Below, piece after piece: positions 37,067-49,120 of a stretch of 64,000 bases of DNA. Within the stretch, counting starts at the first letter, position 1, and every line of letters starts with the position of its first letter. The stretch is from NCBI RefSeq assembly GCF_004010195.1, contig NC_057749.1:3675595-3739594 (forward strand), read 5' to 3'. The notes under the pieces are model-generated. The model was not told the DNA's origin. It ran no database searches and saw nothing but the letters and a program-made list of their open reading frames with translations. The translations under genes and the position numbers were made by a program. This DNA comes from Chiloscyllium plagiosum (Eukaryota).

Positions 37067-37363
37067 CTTCTTACTCCAAACCCAGTCTGCACTTGGAACC
37101 CAACAAGAATCTCAAGCCTGGTGATGAGGTAGCCATTGCTTGCCACTCTTCTGGCGGTTACCCCCAAGCTACGGTGCAATGGCACGATGGGAAAGGGAGC
37201 AACATCACCGAGAATGTCACCACTTCGCAGGTAGCCAATGAGGAGGGCCTATTTGACGTCCGCAGTGTGATCCGGGTGATACTGGAGCCCAACAGCACGT
37301 ACAGTTGCCTGGTGAGGAACGAGCTGCTGAACGAGGAGACCCAAGCCTTGGCAACCATTACAG
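37067..37363 (+). CDS. CD276: CD276 (B7-H3) IgC-domain exon, phase 1-1, 297 nt
   Basis: Acceptor acttctgttgtttcag|CT and donor ACA G|gtcagt; splices in frame with the IgV exon (G+CT=Ala). Translation [99 protein letters not shown] matches B7-H3 IgC (human [44 protein letters not shown]). Confidence 0.96.
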
Positions 37364-37863
37364 GTCAGTTGCACATTGCTGTAGCCAACTTGGCGATCTG
37401 AGGTCTGCAAAATATAATAGGACATTGTAACAGCACAACTTTCACAGCATCCATTCCAATTACTGTGAGCTGCCTCAAAGGAGTTCTGAAGTGTTTGCAA
37501 CATCTGTTCATCCATTCTGCTCTGCAGTGAACCAGCTGAAAATCACTCAACATCACAATAGGATATCGGCAAAACATGTTTAGAAATTTTGATGGGCAAT
37601 TTTGTTTTCTTTTTAGAAGGGAGAGTGCGGGAAAATGCGCTGTTTCCAATTTTGTAACCATTTAAACCCATTACAAGTGTGGTAAATGATGGTAGTGTGG
37701 CAGAAGCCTTGCAGTATCTCTTCAAATGTTTTCATTTATAGCTGGTTACAACTTTTTTTTTAGACTCTTGTGAAGGCTAACATGGTAGATCTTCCGTAAA
37801 GGAGCTGGGTATATTTACTGTAGATCAGGTAAGTGAGGAGGAACTGTTTCCACTGGCAGACAA

Positions 37864-38460
37864 GTCATAGTCATACAGAAAAAAGAAACAGACCCTTTGG
37901 TCAAACCAGTCCATGCCAAACATAATCCAAGACTGAACTAGTCCCACCTGCCTGCTCCCGGCCCATATCCCTCCAAATCTTTCCTATTATGTACTAATCC
38001 AAATGTATTTTAAATGTTGTAATTGTACCCACATTCATCACTTCCTCAGGAAGTTAATTCCAACTTGAGCCACCCTCTGAGTAAAACATTTGCATCTTTT
38101 TTAAATCGCTTTCCTCTCACCTCAAAAGTGTGCACCTAGTCTTGAAATCCCCCATCCTAGGGAAAAAGACAACTACCATTAAATCTATCTATACCTCTCA
38201 TTATTTTATAAGCCCCAGCCTATCCAGCCTTTCTTTAAAATTCAAACCTTCCGTACCTGGCAACATCCTGGTAAATCTCTTCTGAACCCTCCCTAGCTCA
38301 ATAATATCCCATTAAATCTATCTATACCTCTCATTATTTTATAAGCCCCAGCCTTTCTTTATAATTCAAACCTTCCGTACCTGGCAACATCCTGGTAAAT
38401 CTCTTCTGAACCCTCCCTAGCTCAATAATATCCTTCCAATAACTGGGCGACCAGAACTGG
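37864..38460 (-). mobile_element. CR1/HER1 LINE 3' fragment containing a ~130-bp tandem duplication (38176-38308 / 38309-38432)
   Basis: Family 3' end; direct repeat ccattaaatctatctatacc...caataatatc. Confidence 0.85.
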
Positions 38461-39429
38461 GCAAGTTGGTAACGAGAACGCGCAAGTTTTTAGATCAATT
38501 TTTTATGGACTGAGTTGATATGCTGTGGAAATTCACTGCCTGGAAGCAGGGTGGGAGAGTGGAAGCAGATTTAATGCAACTTCTAAAATGGAACATTTGG
38601 AAAGGAAACATGGGAAAGTTATGGTGTAATGGTGTAATGGAGTGGGACTAATTAGATAGCTGGACAGAAGAGCCAACATCGGCACAGTGAGCTCAATGAT
38701 CTCTAGTGCTGCATCAGTTTGTATTAAATGGTAGAGGTGGCTAGCTTTACAATTCAGAATAAACCTCTCATTTCACAGGCCGTTCTCATTTGCTTGAGTT
38801 GACGGCCAATGAACTGAAGAGGTTTTGCAACTTAATACAGTTAAATCTACCTTAATTTAACAATTGGAAGCTTTTAACCAGAAATCTGCAACAAAAGGAA
38901 TTGTATAAACAGCTCAATGTTTGCTGAGAACTGTGATTCTATTTAATTAATTGGATTCTGAAAGTAGCATTTAACTTTGTCCAATCAAAGTAATTTCACA
39001 GTGTGTTAGATTAAAACTATAGAAGGAATGCAAAGCCTTCTTTAAAACACAATTAAATAGCAGGATTGCTTTGCAGTGTATTTGTACTGGCCTTGTCAGA
39101 TTAATGTTAACTTGAAGGATTGACAGATTTAACCTTCAGGTTCATTCGTCCATCATTCATCTTGTCCTTAAGTTAGGAGGACAAGGCTATATGTGTGCCT
39201 ATTATTGGTTAAGTGTATGACCTCTCTAACATGAAATGTCATTGACTTAGCAAATGTTAAATAAGCGAAGGTGACAGTGATATATTTGCGTGTGCCCTGT
39301 GCTAAACTTGAATTTGAATGAAGACTTACCGAACCTGTCCTGGAAATCACCTTTCAGTTGAAGGTAGAATTCCGTTTCTGTTGTTGTGAATAGCCATGGG
39401 GTTCAACAGCCAAAGAAATTGAGGTATGT

Positions 39430-39670
39430 GTTTTATTTCATGACATCACTGGCAAGATCAGCATAGCTTGCCCATTCCCTAACTGCCTTGCTGTGCATCT
39501 AGAGTCACGTGTAGGCCAGGTGACATGAGGTTGGCAGATTTCCTTCTCGAAAGAGCATGAATGAATCAGATGTGTTTTTGCAACAGTCGATATTGCCTTG
39601 GTCACCATTACTGAGACTAGCTGTTGCTTACAGATTTTTGATTTATCAACTTAATCTGAAATCCATTAAT
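39430..39670 (-). mobile_element. tRNA-derived SINE (second family), decayed
   Basis: Reverse complement of the 1905-2487 family (gagtcacgtgtaggccagg..ggcagatttccttc). Confidence 0.6.
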
Positions 39671-40373
39671 TCATAAAGTGATTCAAACTCGAGTCCCCAC
39701 AGCCTCTGTCTGGACTACTGGTTCGCTTTCATTCCCAATGTAGCACAGTCTCCACACGTACATAATGGAATTTAAAGAAGGCAAGCATTTAACGAGCACT
39801 TCAGCATGGGAGTGAACACTCTGATTGTTTTTCTCTGGATCCCTTACATAGCAGAATGAAATAATGAATGATTCCACTCCCCCTCCCACCACTACCGAGT
39901 TCCACCTGTCAATTGGTGTAAAGCTGAGTGCAGTGAGGATAGGTTTTAAGACATGAAGGTCACACCAGCATTGTTGGAATCCAAGAGTGAAATGTGAAAG
40001 AATACTCAAGCTTAGTCCTGTGGAAAACCACCTGGCACTAAGAAGAAGCTGTAGAACTCGAAGGTGACTTAACAGTCTTCAGTGTTTTCATACCATTTAT
40101 CTTTCAATCGTGGGAGATCTTGCTTTAAAAGTGAGCATATACCTTTCCTGCTTCCATTGTTGATTTGCTTCCAGTGTGGGCGATTTTAGAGCTAAGCTGT
40201 GGGAACTGGTGGCATTCCCCCACGTCACTGGTCACTTGCACACTATTCCAGCTGTAAGATTCAGTTGCAAAGATGCTATTCCTTCACCGTACAGAATTTT
40301 TGTTGAGATACAAGTGATGGAGTTTAGGATGCAAAAATGAAAATATAACTAAAACAAACAAGGGAGGCGTGGT

Positions 40374-40713
40374 ATGGCATGGTAGTTTAGTCGTTAGCAC
40401 TGCTGCGTCACAGTGCCAGGAACCCAAGTTCGACTCCAGCCTTGGGTGACTGTCTGTGTGGTGCTTGCACATTCTCCCCGTGTCTGCGTGGGTTTCCTCC
40501 GGGAGCTCCGGTTTCCTCCACAGTCCAAAGATGTGCAGGTTAGGGTGGATTGGCCATGCTAAATTGCCCGTAGCAGGGATGTGTAGGCGAGGTAGATGAG
40601 CCATTGTAAATGCAGAGTTACAGGGATGGGATAGGTGGGATGGTCTTTGGAGGGTCAGTGCAGACTCGATGGGCCACATGTCCTTATTCTGAACTGTAGG
40701 GAGTTTGATTCTA
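40374..40713 (+). mobile_element. HE1-type V-SINE
   Basis: Full family match. Confidence 0.9.
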
Positions 40714-41789
40714 AAAGCAGAAAATGCTGTGAATGCTCAGCAAGTCAGGCAGCAACTGAAATAAAACTTTTGTTAATGAGCTGCTCAGTATTGAACTACT
40801 GCTGACATTCTTTTTTTGCAATAAAGTTCATTGGTGTGCAAGTTCTTTTTTCAGTTCTGTTGTCAGATCAACTGTTTTGTACTGCAACATATCCATTTCT
40901 GTGACCCAGACTGTCATTTTGCTGTGCCTTGGATTTTTAAGGTTGCAGCCTAATATTTCAAAGTGACTGCCTTGAGGGTGACCAGAGAAGGTTATAGCTG
41001 CTCAACTCCTTATCGCACGTTGGAAGTCACCTTAGAGATGAAGGGGAATATTTCCAGCCTGATCATTGATACGTGCAATTAGAGATACCATTGTCCTACA
41101 TCTTTCCAGCAAGGTTGTCAGCCAGAACTGTATGCACTTCAACAGAGATTGAAATCATAGCTGTGTAGGAGTTAGTTATCATTGTAATGTGCCATCACAT
41201 GCTGACTGACTGAGGTTCTCCCTGAAGACTGGCGTCTTGCTGTTGTGCAAATGTTCAAAAGTCTATTTTTACAGAACTGTAGGAGTTCTTTGCTAGTTAC
41301 CATGTGTTAGTGGTATTGTAAACACAGTGGTAAGATTTCCTCTGCCTGACCTGCTTTTGATTAGCAGTGGTCAACATGAAGAAGTCTTTTATTTTTCTCG
41401 TATGCTATTTTCATGATACCATTAACTTGCAGTGACCAAAGGGATCTTTCTCCTGCAGTGACAGATTGAACAGAAATTGTTCCTTTTTTTTATATAAGGA
41501 GATCTCTCAACATGAACATGATTAATTGTGAGCTAGCTTTGCATATTGAGAAATTACAGATCTGGCAGGATTAAATTCAACCAGGTGTACTGGGAAAGTG
41601 ACACACATCCCCTATACCAGTTCCAAAAATTCAAATTTGCTCATGTCCTTAATACTAAACCAATATAAAACATGCAGCTGATTCACTTCTGAGCACCTAC
41701 TCTAGGAAAGCTTGAGAAATGAGTTCTTGCCTCTTCCACCCTTACGGACAAGCCCTTAACACTATGGCAGCCCCAGTCAATGTTTAGAA

Positions 41790-43040
41790 AGTTAAAATCT
41801 TCTACCATAACCACAGTATTATTCTTACAGATAACTGAGATCTCCTAATAAATTTGTTTCTCCATTTCCAGCTGACTACTGAGAGGTCTATAGTACAGTT
41901 CCCATAAGGTGATCATCCCTTTCTTGTTTCTCAGTTCCACCAATGAAGTTTCCTGGACATATTCTCAGAACAGGAGAAAGTGAGGACTGCAAATGCTGGA
42001 GTACCAGAGTTGAAAAATGTGGTGCTGAAAAAACACAGCAGGCCAGGCAGCATCCGAGGAGCGGGAGAATTGACGTTTTGGGCATAAGCCCTTCATCACC
42101 GATTTTTTGATTTTTTACCTGAAGAAGGACTTATGCCCGAAACGTCGATTCTCCTGCTCCTTGGATGCTGCCTGGCCTGCTGTGTTTTTCCAGCACCACA
42201 TTTTTCAACTCTCATAATCTCAGAACATCTTCCCTAAGTACAGCTGTAATGTTATTGCTAATCAAAAATGCCACTCCCCCTCCTCTCTCGTCCCCTTTCT
42301 ATCCTTCCTGTAGCATTTGTATCCTGGAATATTAAGCTGCCAGTCCCCTGTTTTTTAACCATGCCATGAGTTCATCTGCCTTTCCTGCTGGGCCTATTGC
42401 GTTGAAATAAATGCAGTTTCATTTATCAGTCCTGCCTCGTTCTCTGCTTTGTTCCTGCCTGCCCTGACTATTTGACTTGCTCCTTTTCCCAACTGTACCA
42501 GTCTCTGACTGATCTCTTTCCTCACTATCTTCCTGGGTCCCCCTGCCCCCACCTTACTCGTTTAAATCCTCCCAAACAGCTCTAGCAAATCTCCCTGCCA
42601 GCATATTAAGCCCCTTCCAATTCAGGTGCAATCTGTCCTCCTTATACAGGTCACTTCTCTTCCAATTCAGGTGCAATCTGTCCTCCTTATACAGGTCACT
42701 TCTAACCCAGAAGAGATTCCAATGATCCAAAAATGTGAATCCTTCTCCCCTGCATCAGCTCCTCAGCCACATATTCATCTGCTCTATCCTTCTATTGTTA
42801 CCCACACTGGATTATAATAATCCAGATTACTACCCTTGAGGACCTCCATTTTAAAGTCCTGCCTAACTTCCTATATTCTCCTTGTTTTCTCTTCCTGTGT
42901 CATTATTTCCAATGTGTACAAAGACCACTTGCTGGTCCCGCTCCCTTTCAAGAACATTCTGCACCCTCTCTGAGATTTCTTTGATTCTGATACCAATGAG
43001 GCAATTCTGATGTCTCTCTGTCGGCTTCAGAAATGTCTGA
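41790..43040 (-). mobile_element. CR1 LINE internal fragment: ORF1 SGNH esterase remnant and start of ORF2 AP endonuclease
   Basis: ORF 42863-43060 contains VVFVHIGNNDTG (GxND block of the CR1 ORF1 esterase). Minus 42240-42340 reads LNIPGYKCYRKDR..RGGGVAFLI (APE). Contains a 45-bp tandem duplication at 42614-42703. Confidence 0.75.
41973..42212. mobile_element. Penelope-like fold-back insertion with two back-to-back hammerhead cores
   Basis: TSD cata(t/a)tctcagaaca at 41958-41972 and 42213-42227. The + core is CTGAAGA(42119-42125)-A-GGAC-TTAT-GCCC-GAAA-CGTC-GATT. Confidence 0.9.
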
Positions 43041-43544
43041 TCTGGAGAAATGGGCAGCATTCCACTGCTCTCTCACCATATGTTTTATAGGTTGTGGAGA
43101 GCTTTTAGGGCATTGAGGGGCAATCCACTTGCTGCAAAATGCACACAGAGTTCGTGTAGCTCCAGCAGTACTGCAGCAGTTCGTGGCATTTATGGTGAGT
43201 CAGTGAGGTTTTTCAATGCCTCCATATTATGAAGTCACAATCGTCCTGTTTCTCTGGCATGTTTTATTGTGCCAAAGCTTCTGATTACACAGCCGAGCAT
43301 AAGCGTGTGAGGAGGTGGTGAAGGAAATTGTCAAACAAGCCACTGTGAAGTTTAGCACACAGGCTGTTCATAACTCCTACATTTGTGAAATGATGAGATG
43401 AGAACTTACAGACTGGTCTTGATTATTGCCGTTGTTATTTATCATTGGAAAGATTGGATTTGAATGATGGCTGCAATCTGGTGTATCATGTCAAACCAAT
43501 TAGAAGCTTAAATTTGGCTGTATTTGATGAGAGAAAAATGATCC

Positions 43545-43940
43545 TGTCGTGATTACAATGAGGTCAGCCAACTGGACGTCATACAATATGAGTTCCCTGA
43601 TTGGGGCTGCTAATCTGGTCCAATCAGGGAGCCCTAGCTGACATAAAAAGATTGTGTTAAAGTTTCGGGTCAAGTGACCCTTCCTCAGGTGTTCGGAGGA
43701 AGGGTCACTTGATCCGAAATGTTATCTCTGATGTCTCTCCACAGATGCGGACCTGCTGAGCTTTTCCAGCAATTTCCGTTTTGTTCTGATTTCCAGCATC
43801 TTTTAAAAAGGTTGGGTTGTTCGGGATACTGCCACTCTGGTGCCTGCCTGTAGATGAGGCAGTACCCTAGTCAGGGACTGTCCTGGTGTAAATAAGGGGT
43901 GATCTTGTGACAGGATTTCTGTCTCTGCGGAGTTTTTTCT
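43545..43940 (+). mobile_element. probable solo LTR, interrupted by a Penelope-like insertion
   Basis: Begins TG; flanked by 5-bp direct repeat gatcc (43540-43544, 43941-43945). Contains an inverted CCAAT pair, TATA-like ataaaaag and AATAAA-like taaataag. Ends in CT rather than CA. Confidence 0.5.
43659..43803. mobile_element. Penelope-like fold-back insertion with paired hammerhead cores (GGGTC/GACCC family)
   Basis: Minus core CTGAGGA-A-GGGTC-ACTT-GACCC-GAAA (43663-43688); plus core CGGAGGA-A-GGGTC-ACTT-GATCC-GAAA. TSD taaaaag(a/g)ttg(t/g)gtt at 43644-43658 and 43804-43818. Confidence 0.8.
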
Positions 43941-43962
43941 GATCCCTGGCCTAATTTTTACA

Positions 43963-44125
43963 GGGAGAAAGTGAGGTCTGCAGATGCTGGAGATCAGAGT
44001 TGAGAGTGTGGTGCTGGAAAAGCACAGCAGGTCAGGCAGCATCCGAGGAGCAGGGGAATCGACGTTTCAGGCATAAGCCCTTCATCACCGATTTGTTTTA
44101 AATTTTTTTGTATTTTTTTTTAAAC
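43963..44125 (-). mobile_element. Penelope-like terminal fragment
   Basis: Family tail, plus the core GTGATGA-A-GGGC-TTAT-GCCT-GAAA-CGTC-GATT preceded by an A-rich leader. Confidence 0.85.
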
Positions 44126-44323
44126 AGGATCCACTTCAACACTCTGTGCCCATATCCAGACATTTTGGCAAAAAAAAAGAGAAGGAGAATGAATTTGCTT
44201 AACTTTGAGCTTTAATTTGGCTACTTTAGATGCAATGAGATTGCTGAGGCCTTCAATTGGCAAAGCAAACTTCAAAAAGTCTGTAAGTTGTTATTGCATG
44301 AGAGTTGTGCCCATTCCTTCCCA

Positions 44324-44450
44324 GGAGAAAGTGAGGTCTGCAGATGCTGGAGATCAAAGTTGAAACTTTATTGCTGGAACAGCACAGCAGGTCAGGCAGC
44401 ATCAGGATGCTGCCTGACCTGCTGTGCTGTTCCAGCAATAAAGTTTCAAC
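44324..44450. mobile_element. young Penelope-like fold-back insertion with perfect 45-bp arms
   Basis: Arms 44359-44403 and 44406-44450, tail 44324-44358. TSD cccattccttccca at 44310-44323 and 44450-44463. Confidence 0.93.
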
Positions 44451-44589
44451 CCATTCCTTCCCACTCTCTCCTACGTTCCCTCACACTTTTTTAAACCAAC
44501 GTCATGCTTGTTATCTTGATCCAGAAGTTCTATTGAGAGACTCAGGAAAGAAAACCTGTCATGTTCCCCATGAGAATATAATACCAGTC

Positions 44590-44982
44590 ATAGCTCAGTT
44601 GATAACACATTCATTTCTAACTCAAAGGTCTTGGGTTCCAGTGACTCGAGTGCAACCGATGCTGCAACACACCGTGATAGGCACGCTGCACCGTCAGAGG
44701 GCTTTGCTTTCCAGGGACAGACATTCCAGCTGAGGTGTATATGCAAAACACCATATTGTCCCACTTCAAAGTGAAATGAGGACGTTTTCCCTGGGTGGTG
44801 ACTGTCTCTGTTCCTCACAAAATGACTGCAGGACCTGGCCATGATCACGTTGTTGTTTGTGAGACCTTGAAGAGCGGCAGCCCCATCTTCCGACGTTACA
44901 GCAGTAACTGTGTGTCAAGAATGATTACCTGTAAAGGGCTGCCACGCACTGAGGTCACGTATAAATGCAAATTCTTTCTTTG
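44590..44982 (+). mobile_element. ancient Deu-domain-like tRNA SINE
   Basis: Head tagctcagttgata..gggttcca, core gctgcaccgtcagaggg, tail tataaatgcaaattctttcttt. Confidence 0.5.
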
Positions 44983-45807
44983 AGTTAACAGTGACTTGAC
45001 AGCTTTTTAGCACGTCCTTTGAGGCTGTCCTGTATGAGTATATGTTGTGAGATATTAACATTGAAAGAAGTATGGCGGTATGAACAAGGTTCAGAATGTG
45101 GCATTGCTGATCTCACCTGGCTTTCCTTTTTCACTTTCTGCTATGGTGGTCTGGCAAATAAAAGACGACATCATCTATTTTTTTGACAATGAATACAGTC
45201 TTTGGGCTGATTAAAACTGAAATGAGCTGCCTGGGAGTTGAGGGGGAATTTAAAAAAAAAAAAGAGTGAATGAGAATGATTTTGCAGGAAGTGAGGAAGG
45301 GGGAAAAGTATAAGAAAGGCCTTTTTAATTTTCACGCATATTCCCGGGAAAGTAATCTTATGGTTTCTCCTATTCTCCCAGTTCCATTTCATTGATGCTG
45401 ACTTTCCCTCTGGTGCCTTATCCAATTCAACATTGACTCTAGGTTATCAGTCTTTATAACGAGAAAGGCAATTGTAAGAATTTGGTGGACACATGCCTTA
45501 TCTTAAGCACTAAATGTACAAACACCGGTTATAAGGAGAATGAGATAGAGGGGGCATTATGGAGGACAGCTGATTTTCTCTTGTTTCCAGTTATTGTGTT
45601 TGTCCATTGGAAACTCATTTGGACAAATTTCTAAAAAAAAATCATGTGGAAAAACTGGATTCAGTCAGAATATAAGATGTGATTCCTTTTTTTTTATTGG
45701 AATGGATTGCTCATCACAGCTGATCCAGATCTTAGAGCATAAACTCATTTTTGTGCACCTTCAGTGTTTTAATACTTCACTTTCAAACAGGACAGTGATT
45801 TCAACAA

Positions 45808-46010
45808 TGTAAATATAGAACAGCACAGTACAGGCCCTTCAGCCCTCAATGTTGTACAGGCTTTTTATCCTACTCCAAGATCAAATGAACCTACATACCC
45901 TACATTTTACTATCATCCATGTGCCTAGCCACGAGTTGCTTAAATGTCCCTAATGTATCTGACTCTATTACCACTGCTGGCAGTGCATTCCACGCCCCCA
46001 CCACTCACCT
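45808..46010 (-). mobile_element. CR1 LINE 3' end (subfamily of 10204-10960)
   Basis: Reverse complement of about 10765-10955. Confidence 0.8.
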
Positions 46011-46200
46011 GTGTGAACTGTTCAAGGTTTTTGTTTGTACTCTGTTTCAGTCCAAGACGAATGAGATGCACATCAGCCCGTGTAGGTGCAAATGAAGAAA
46101 TGCCTGAGTAACATTGCCCTTAGTCTTTTAAAGAATATGTTAAAACAAGAGTGACGATATGTATGATTCTGTAAGCTGTCAACGGACAAAATATGTGAAT

Positions 46201-46384
46201 AGAGACAAAAAAAAACTGCGGGTGCTGGAAATCAGAAACCAATGAAATTGCGGGAAATTCTCAGCAGGTTTGGCAATGAATGTGGAGAGAAATCAGAGTT
46301 GATGTTTCAGGTGCAGTGAGCCTTCTTTGGAACTTTGTTGCAGCAGACCTGCTGAGATTTTCCAGCAATTTCTGTTTTTGTTTC
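46201..46384. mobile_element. decayed Penelope-like fold-back insertion
   Basis: Arms gaaattgcgggaaattctcagcaggt / acctgctgagattttccagcaatttc. TSD aaatatgtgaat at 46189-46200 and 46385-46396. Confidence 0.75.
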
Positions 46385-46859
46385 AAATATGTGAATGTGA
46401 TTTCTGCCACAAACTGCAAAAGTTTGCTTGAACAGTGCCTGTGCTCGGGGGACTCAGTGCAATTTTGACTTGCCCTGGAAAATGGGGACAATAATGGTGT
46501 CCTGTAAATACAGGTAATGTTAATACCTTTAACTGTTCTGATTGCTGTGAAATCTGCCCTCTTGAAGTTCCTCTAACTGAATCACTCCACATTGCCAGCA
46601 GTGTCTTCAACTTCCTAGGCCCTGTACTCTGAAATTCTTTCTCTGAACCTCTCCATTTGATTATGTAAGATCCTAGAACAACCTTGTGATGATGTCTCAG
46701 AGCTGCACATCAATATACATAAGTAGCACTGTGTGAGCGGAGTTAAAACAGAAAACTTAATTTCTGGAAGACTCATATAAGCACCAGAATAGATTAGTCT
46801 TTACCGCATGTAACTATAAATGAGAGCCTGCGATATTAATGATTACCATGAATAGCAGT

Positions 46860-48435
46860 ATTTGATATTAATAATAAATAGTTAGATGAATTTGCTACTG
46901 CCATTGAGAAGTATGAGTGGATAATTTGACTTGGCAATGATCTCTTATCAGGTGCTGTAGAATCCATATGGGTGTATAACAAGGGGACAATATACTGGTG
47001 AGAGCAGTCTACAAACTCCCCAACAGCTGTTTTATACGTCAGAGAATAAATCAAGAAACAAATTGGGCATGTAAAAATGGCCAAGCATTAATCATAGGTG
47101 ACTTTAATCTTCATATAGATTAGGAATATCAAATTAGCAGAAGTACCTGGAAGGATTCATAGGACGTTTTTGTTCCAGAAAAATATTCCAATGTGTCATG
47201 GATCCAACCAGGAAACATGCTATTCTGAATCCAGTACTGTCAAGCAATGAGGTTGGTTTAATAATGATCTTAGAGTAAAGGATCCCTGGCTAGGACAGGA
47301 GCCCGTAGATTGGTATAATTCAGTATTAAGTTTGAGAGTGAGAAACATAGATTAGATACAACTGTGCCATACTTAAATAAGTACAGGAACAAAGTTTAGC
47401 AGAAACGACCGTGAGGAACAATAGCAGATGGTTAAGAAAACAGTTTATGACTTAGAACAAAAGTATGATACATTAACGGTCTCGATGAAGGAACTGAGGG
47501 CATTGTGGCTAAGTTTGCAGACGCTACAAAGATAGATAGAGGGACAGGTCGCTTTGAGGAGGCGGGGAGGCTGCAGAACGATTTGAACAGGTTGGGAGAG
47601 TGGGCAAAGAAGTGGCAGATGGAGTACAATGTGGGAAATTGTGAGGTGATGCACTTTGATCGGAAGAATAGAGACATGGGCTATTTTTTAAAAGGGGAGA
47701 AAATCTAGAAGTCTGAAGTGCAGAGAGACTTGGGAGTTCTAGTCCAGGATTCTCTCAAGATAAACTTGTATGTTAAGTCAGTAGTTAGAAAGACAAATAC
47801 AGTGATGGCATTTATTTTGAGAGGACTTGAATATAAAAACAGGGATGTACTTCTGGGGCACTATGAGGCTCTGGTCAGACTACATTTGGAATATTGTGTG
47901 CAGTTTTGGGCCCCATATCTCAGGAAGGATGTACTGGCCCTGAAGCGTGCTCAGCGGAGGTTCATGAGAATGGTCCCAGGAACGAAAAACTTAACATATG
48001 AGGAACGTTTGAGAACTCTGGGTTTATACTGAATGGAGTTTCGAGGGATGAGAGGGTATCTAACTGAAACATATAGAATGCTGAATGGCCTGGACAGAGT
48101 GGATGTTGGGAAGATGTTTCAATTGGTAGGAGAGACTCGGATCTGAAGGCCATAGCCTTAGAATAAAGGAAAGATCTTTTTGAATGGAAATAAAGAGAAA
48201 CTTCTTCAGCCAGCGAGTGGTGAATCTATGGAATTCTTTACCACCGAAGGCTGTGGAGGCCAGGTCATTGAGTATATTTGAGATGGCGATAAACAGGCTC
48301 TTGAGTATCAAGGGGATCAAGGGTTACAGGGAGAAAGCAGGAGAATGGGGTTGAGAAACATATCAGCCATGATTGAATGGCAGAGCAGACTTGATGGGCT
48401 AAATGGCCTCATTTCTGCTCCAGTGTCTTCTGGTA
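46860..48435 (+). mobile_element. CR1 LINE fragments (old endonuclease part, then RT and 3' end from about 47480)
   Basis: ORFs AKFADATKI..WAKKWQMEYNVGNCEVMHF and YEALVRLHLEYCVQFWAPYLRKDV; upstream IIGDFN-like ataggtgactttaat. Confidence 0.88.
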
Positions 48436-48857
48436 GATTCTAATGAGAAAGAAGGATTTTAGAAAGGGGGAAGAAACCAACCTTGGTCAACTAAGGAATT
48501 TAAATATTGTTGGTAATCATTCATTAATGAGTAGAATTATCCATCTAGGAAATTTCGTGTCTCTGGTCATGGGTTCTGTAGGTTCTTGTATAGCTATTGA
48601 GCTTGACCCGAGAGCCACACCTGCAACCACACATTTCGCAAATGTTTCCAGGAGAGTGGAATTGATCTTTGGCCTTAGCTGTTTGGATCGCTTTTAAGGA
48701 CAATTTCCTATTGGAAGAGAAACATACAACATCGCCAAGATTAGTAACAAACCAGAAAGTTCTAAAAGCCAACATAAGAAGTTAAAAAAATAAGGTTTAA
48801 TTTCTCCTTCTTCAATATTAGAGTAAACTAGCCAGAAATATAAAAAAAAGATTATTA

Positions 48858-49120
48858 CCTGCACTACCCTCTGTGAAGAAGTTGCCCCTTAGGTCCCTTT
48901 TCTATCTTTCCCCTCTCACCCTAAACCTATGCCCTCTAGCTCTGGGCTCCCCCAACCCAGAGAAAAGACCTTGTCTATTGATCCTATCCATGCCCCTCAT
49001 AATCTTATAAATCTCTATAAGGTCACCCTTCAACCTCCGACGCTCCAGGGAAAACAGCCCCAGCCTATTCAGCCTCTCCCTATAGCTCAAACCCTCCAAC
49101 CCTGGCAACATCCTTGTAAA
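48858..49120 (-). mobile_element. CR1/HER1 LINE fragment
   Basis: ORF 48902-49129: FTRMLPGLEGLSYRERLNRLGLFSLERRRLKGDLIEIYKIM. Confidence 0.9.

Noticed and set aside
43091-43194. Exon-like segment (ttttatag| ... |gtgagt) as the next CD276 exon
   Set aside because: Stop codon in the phase-1 frame (GCGELLGH*) and no hydrophobic segment.
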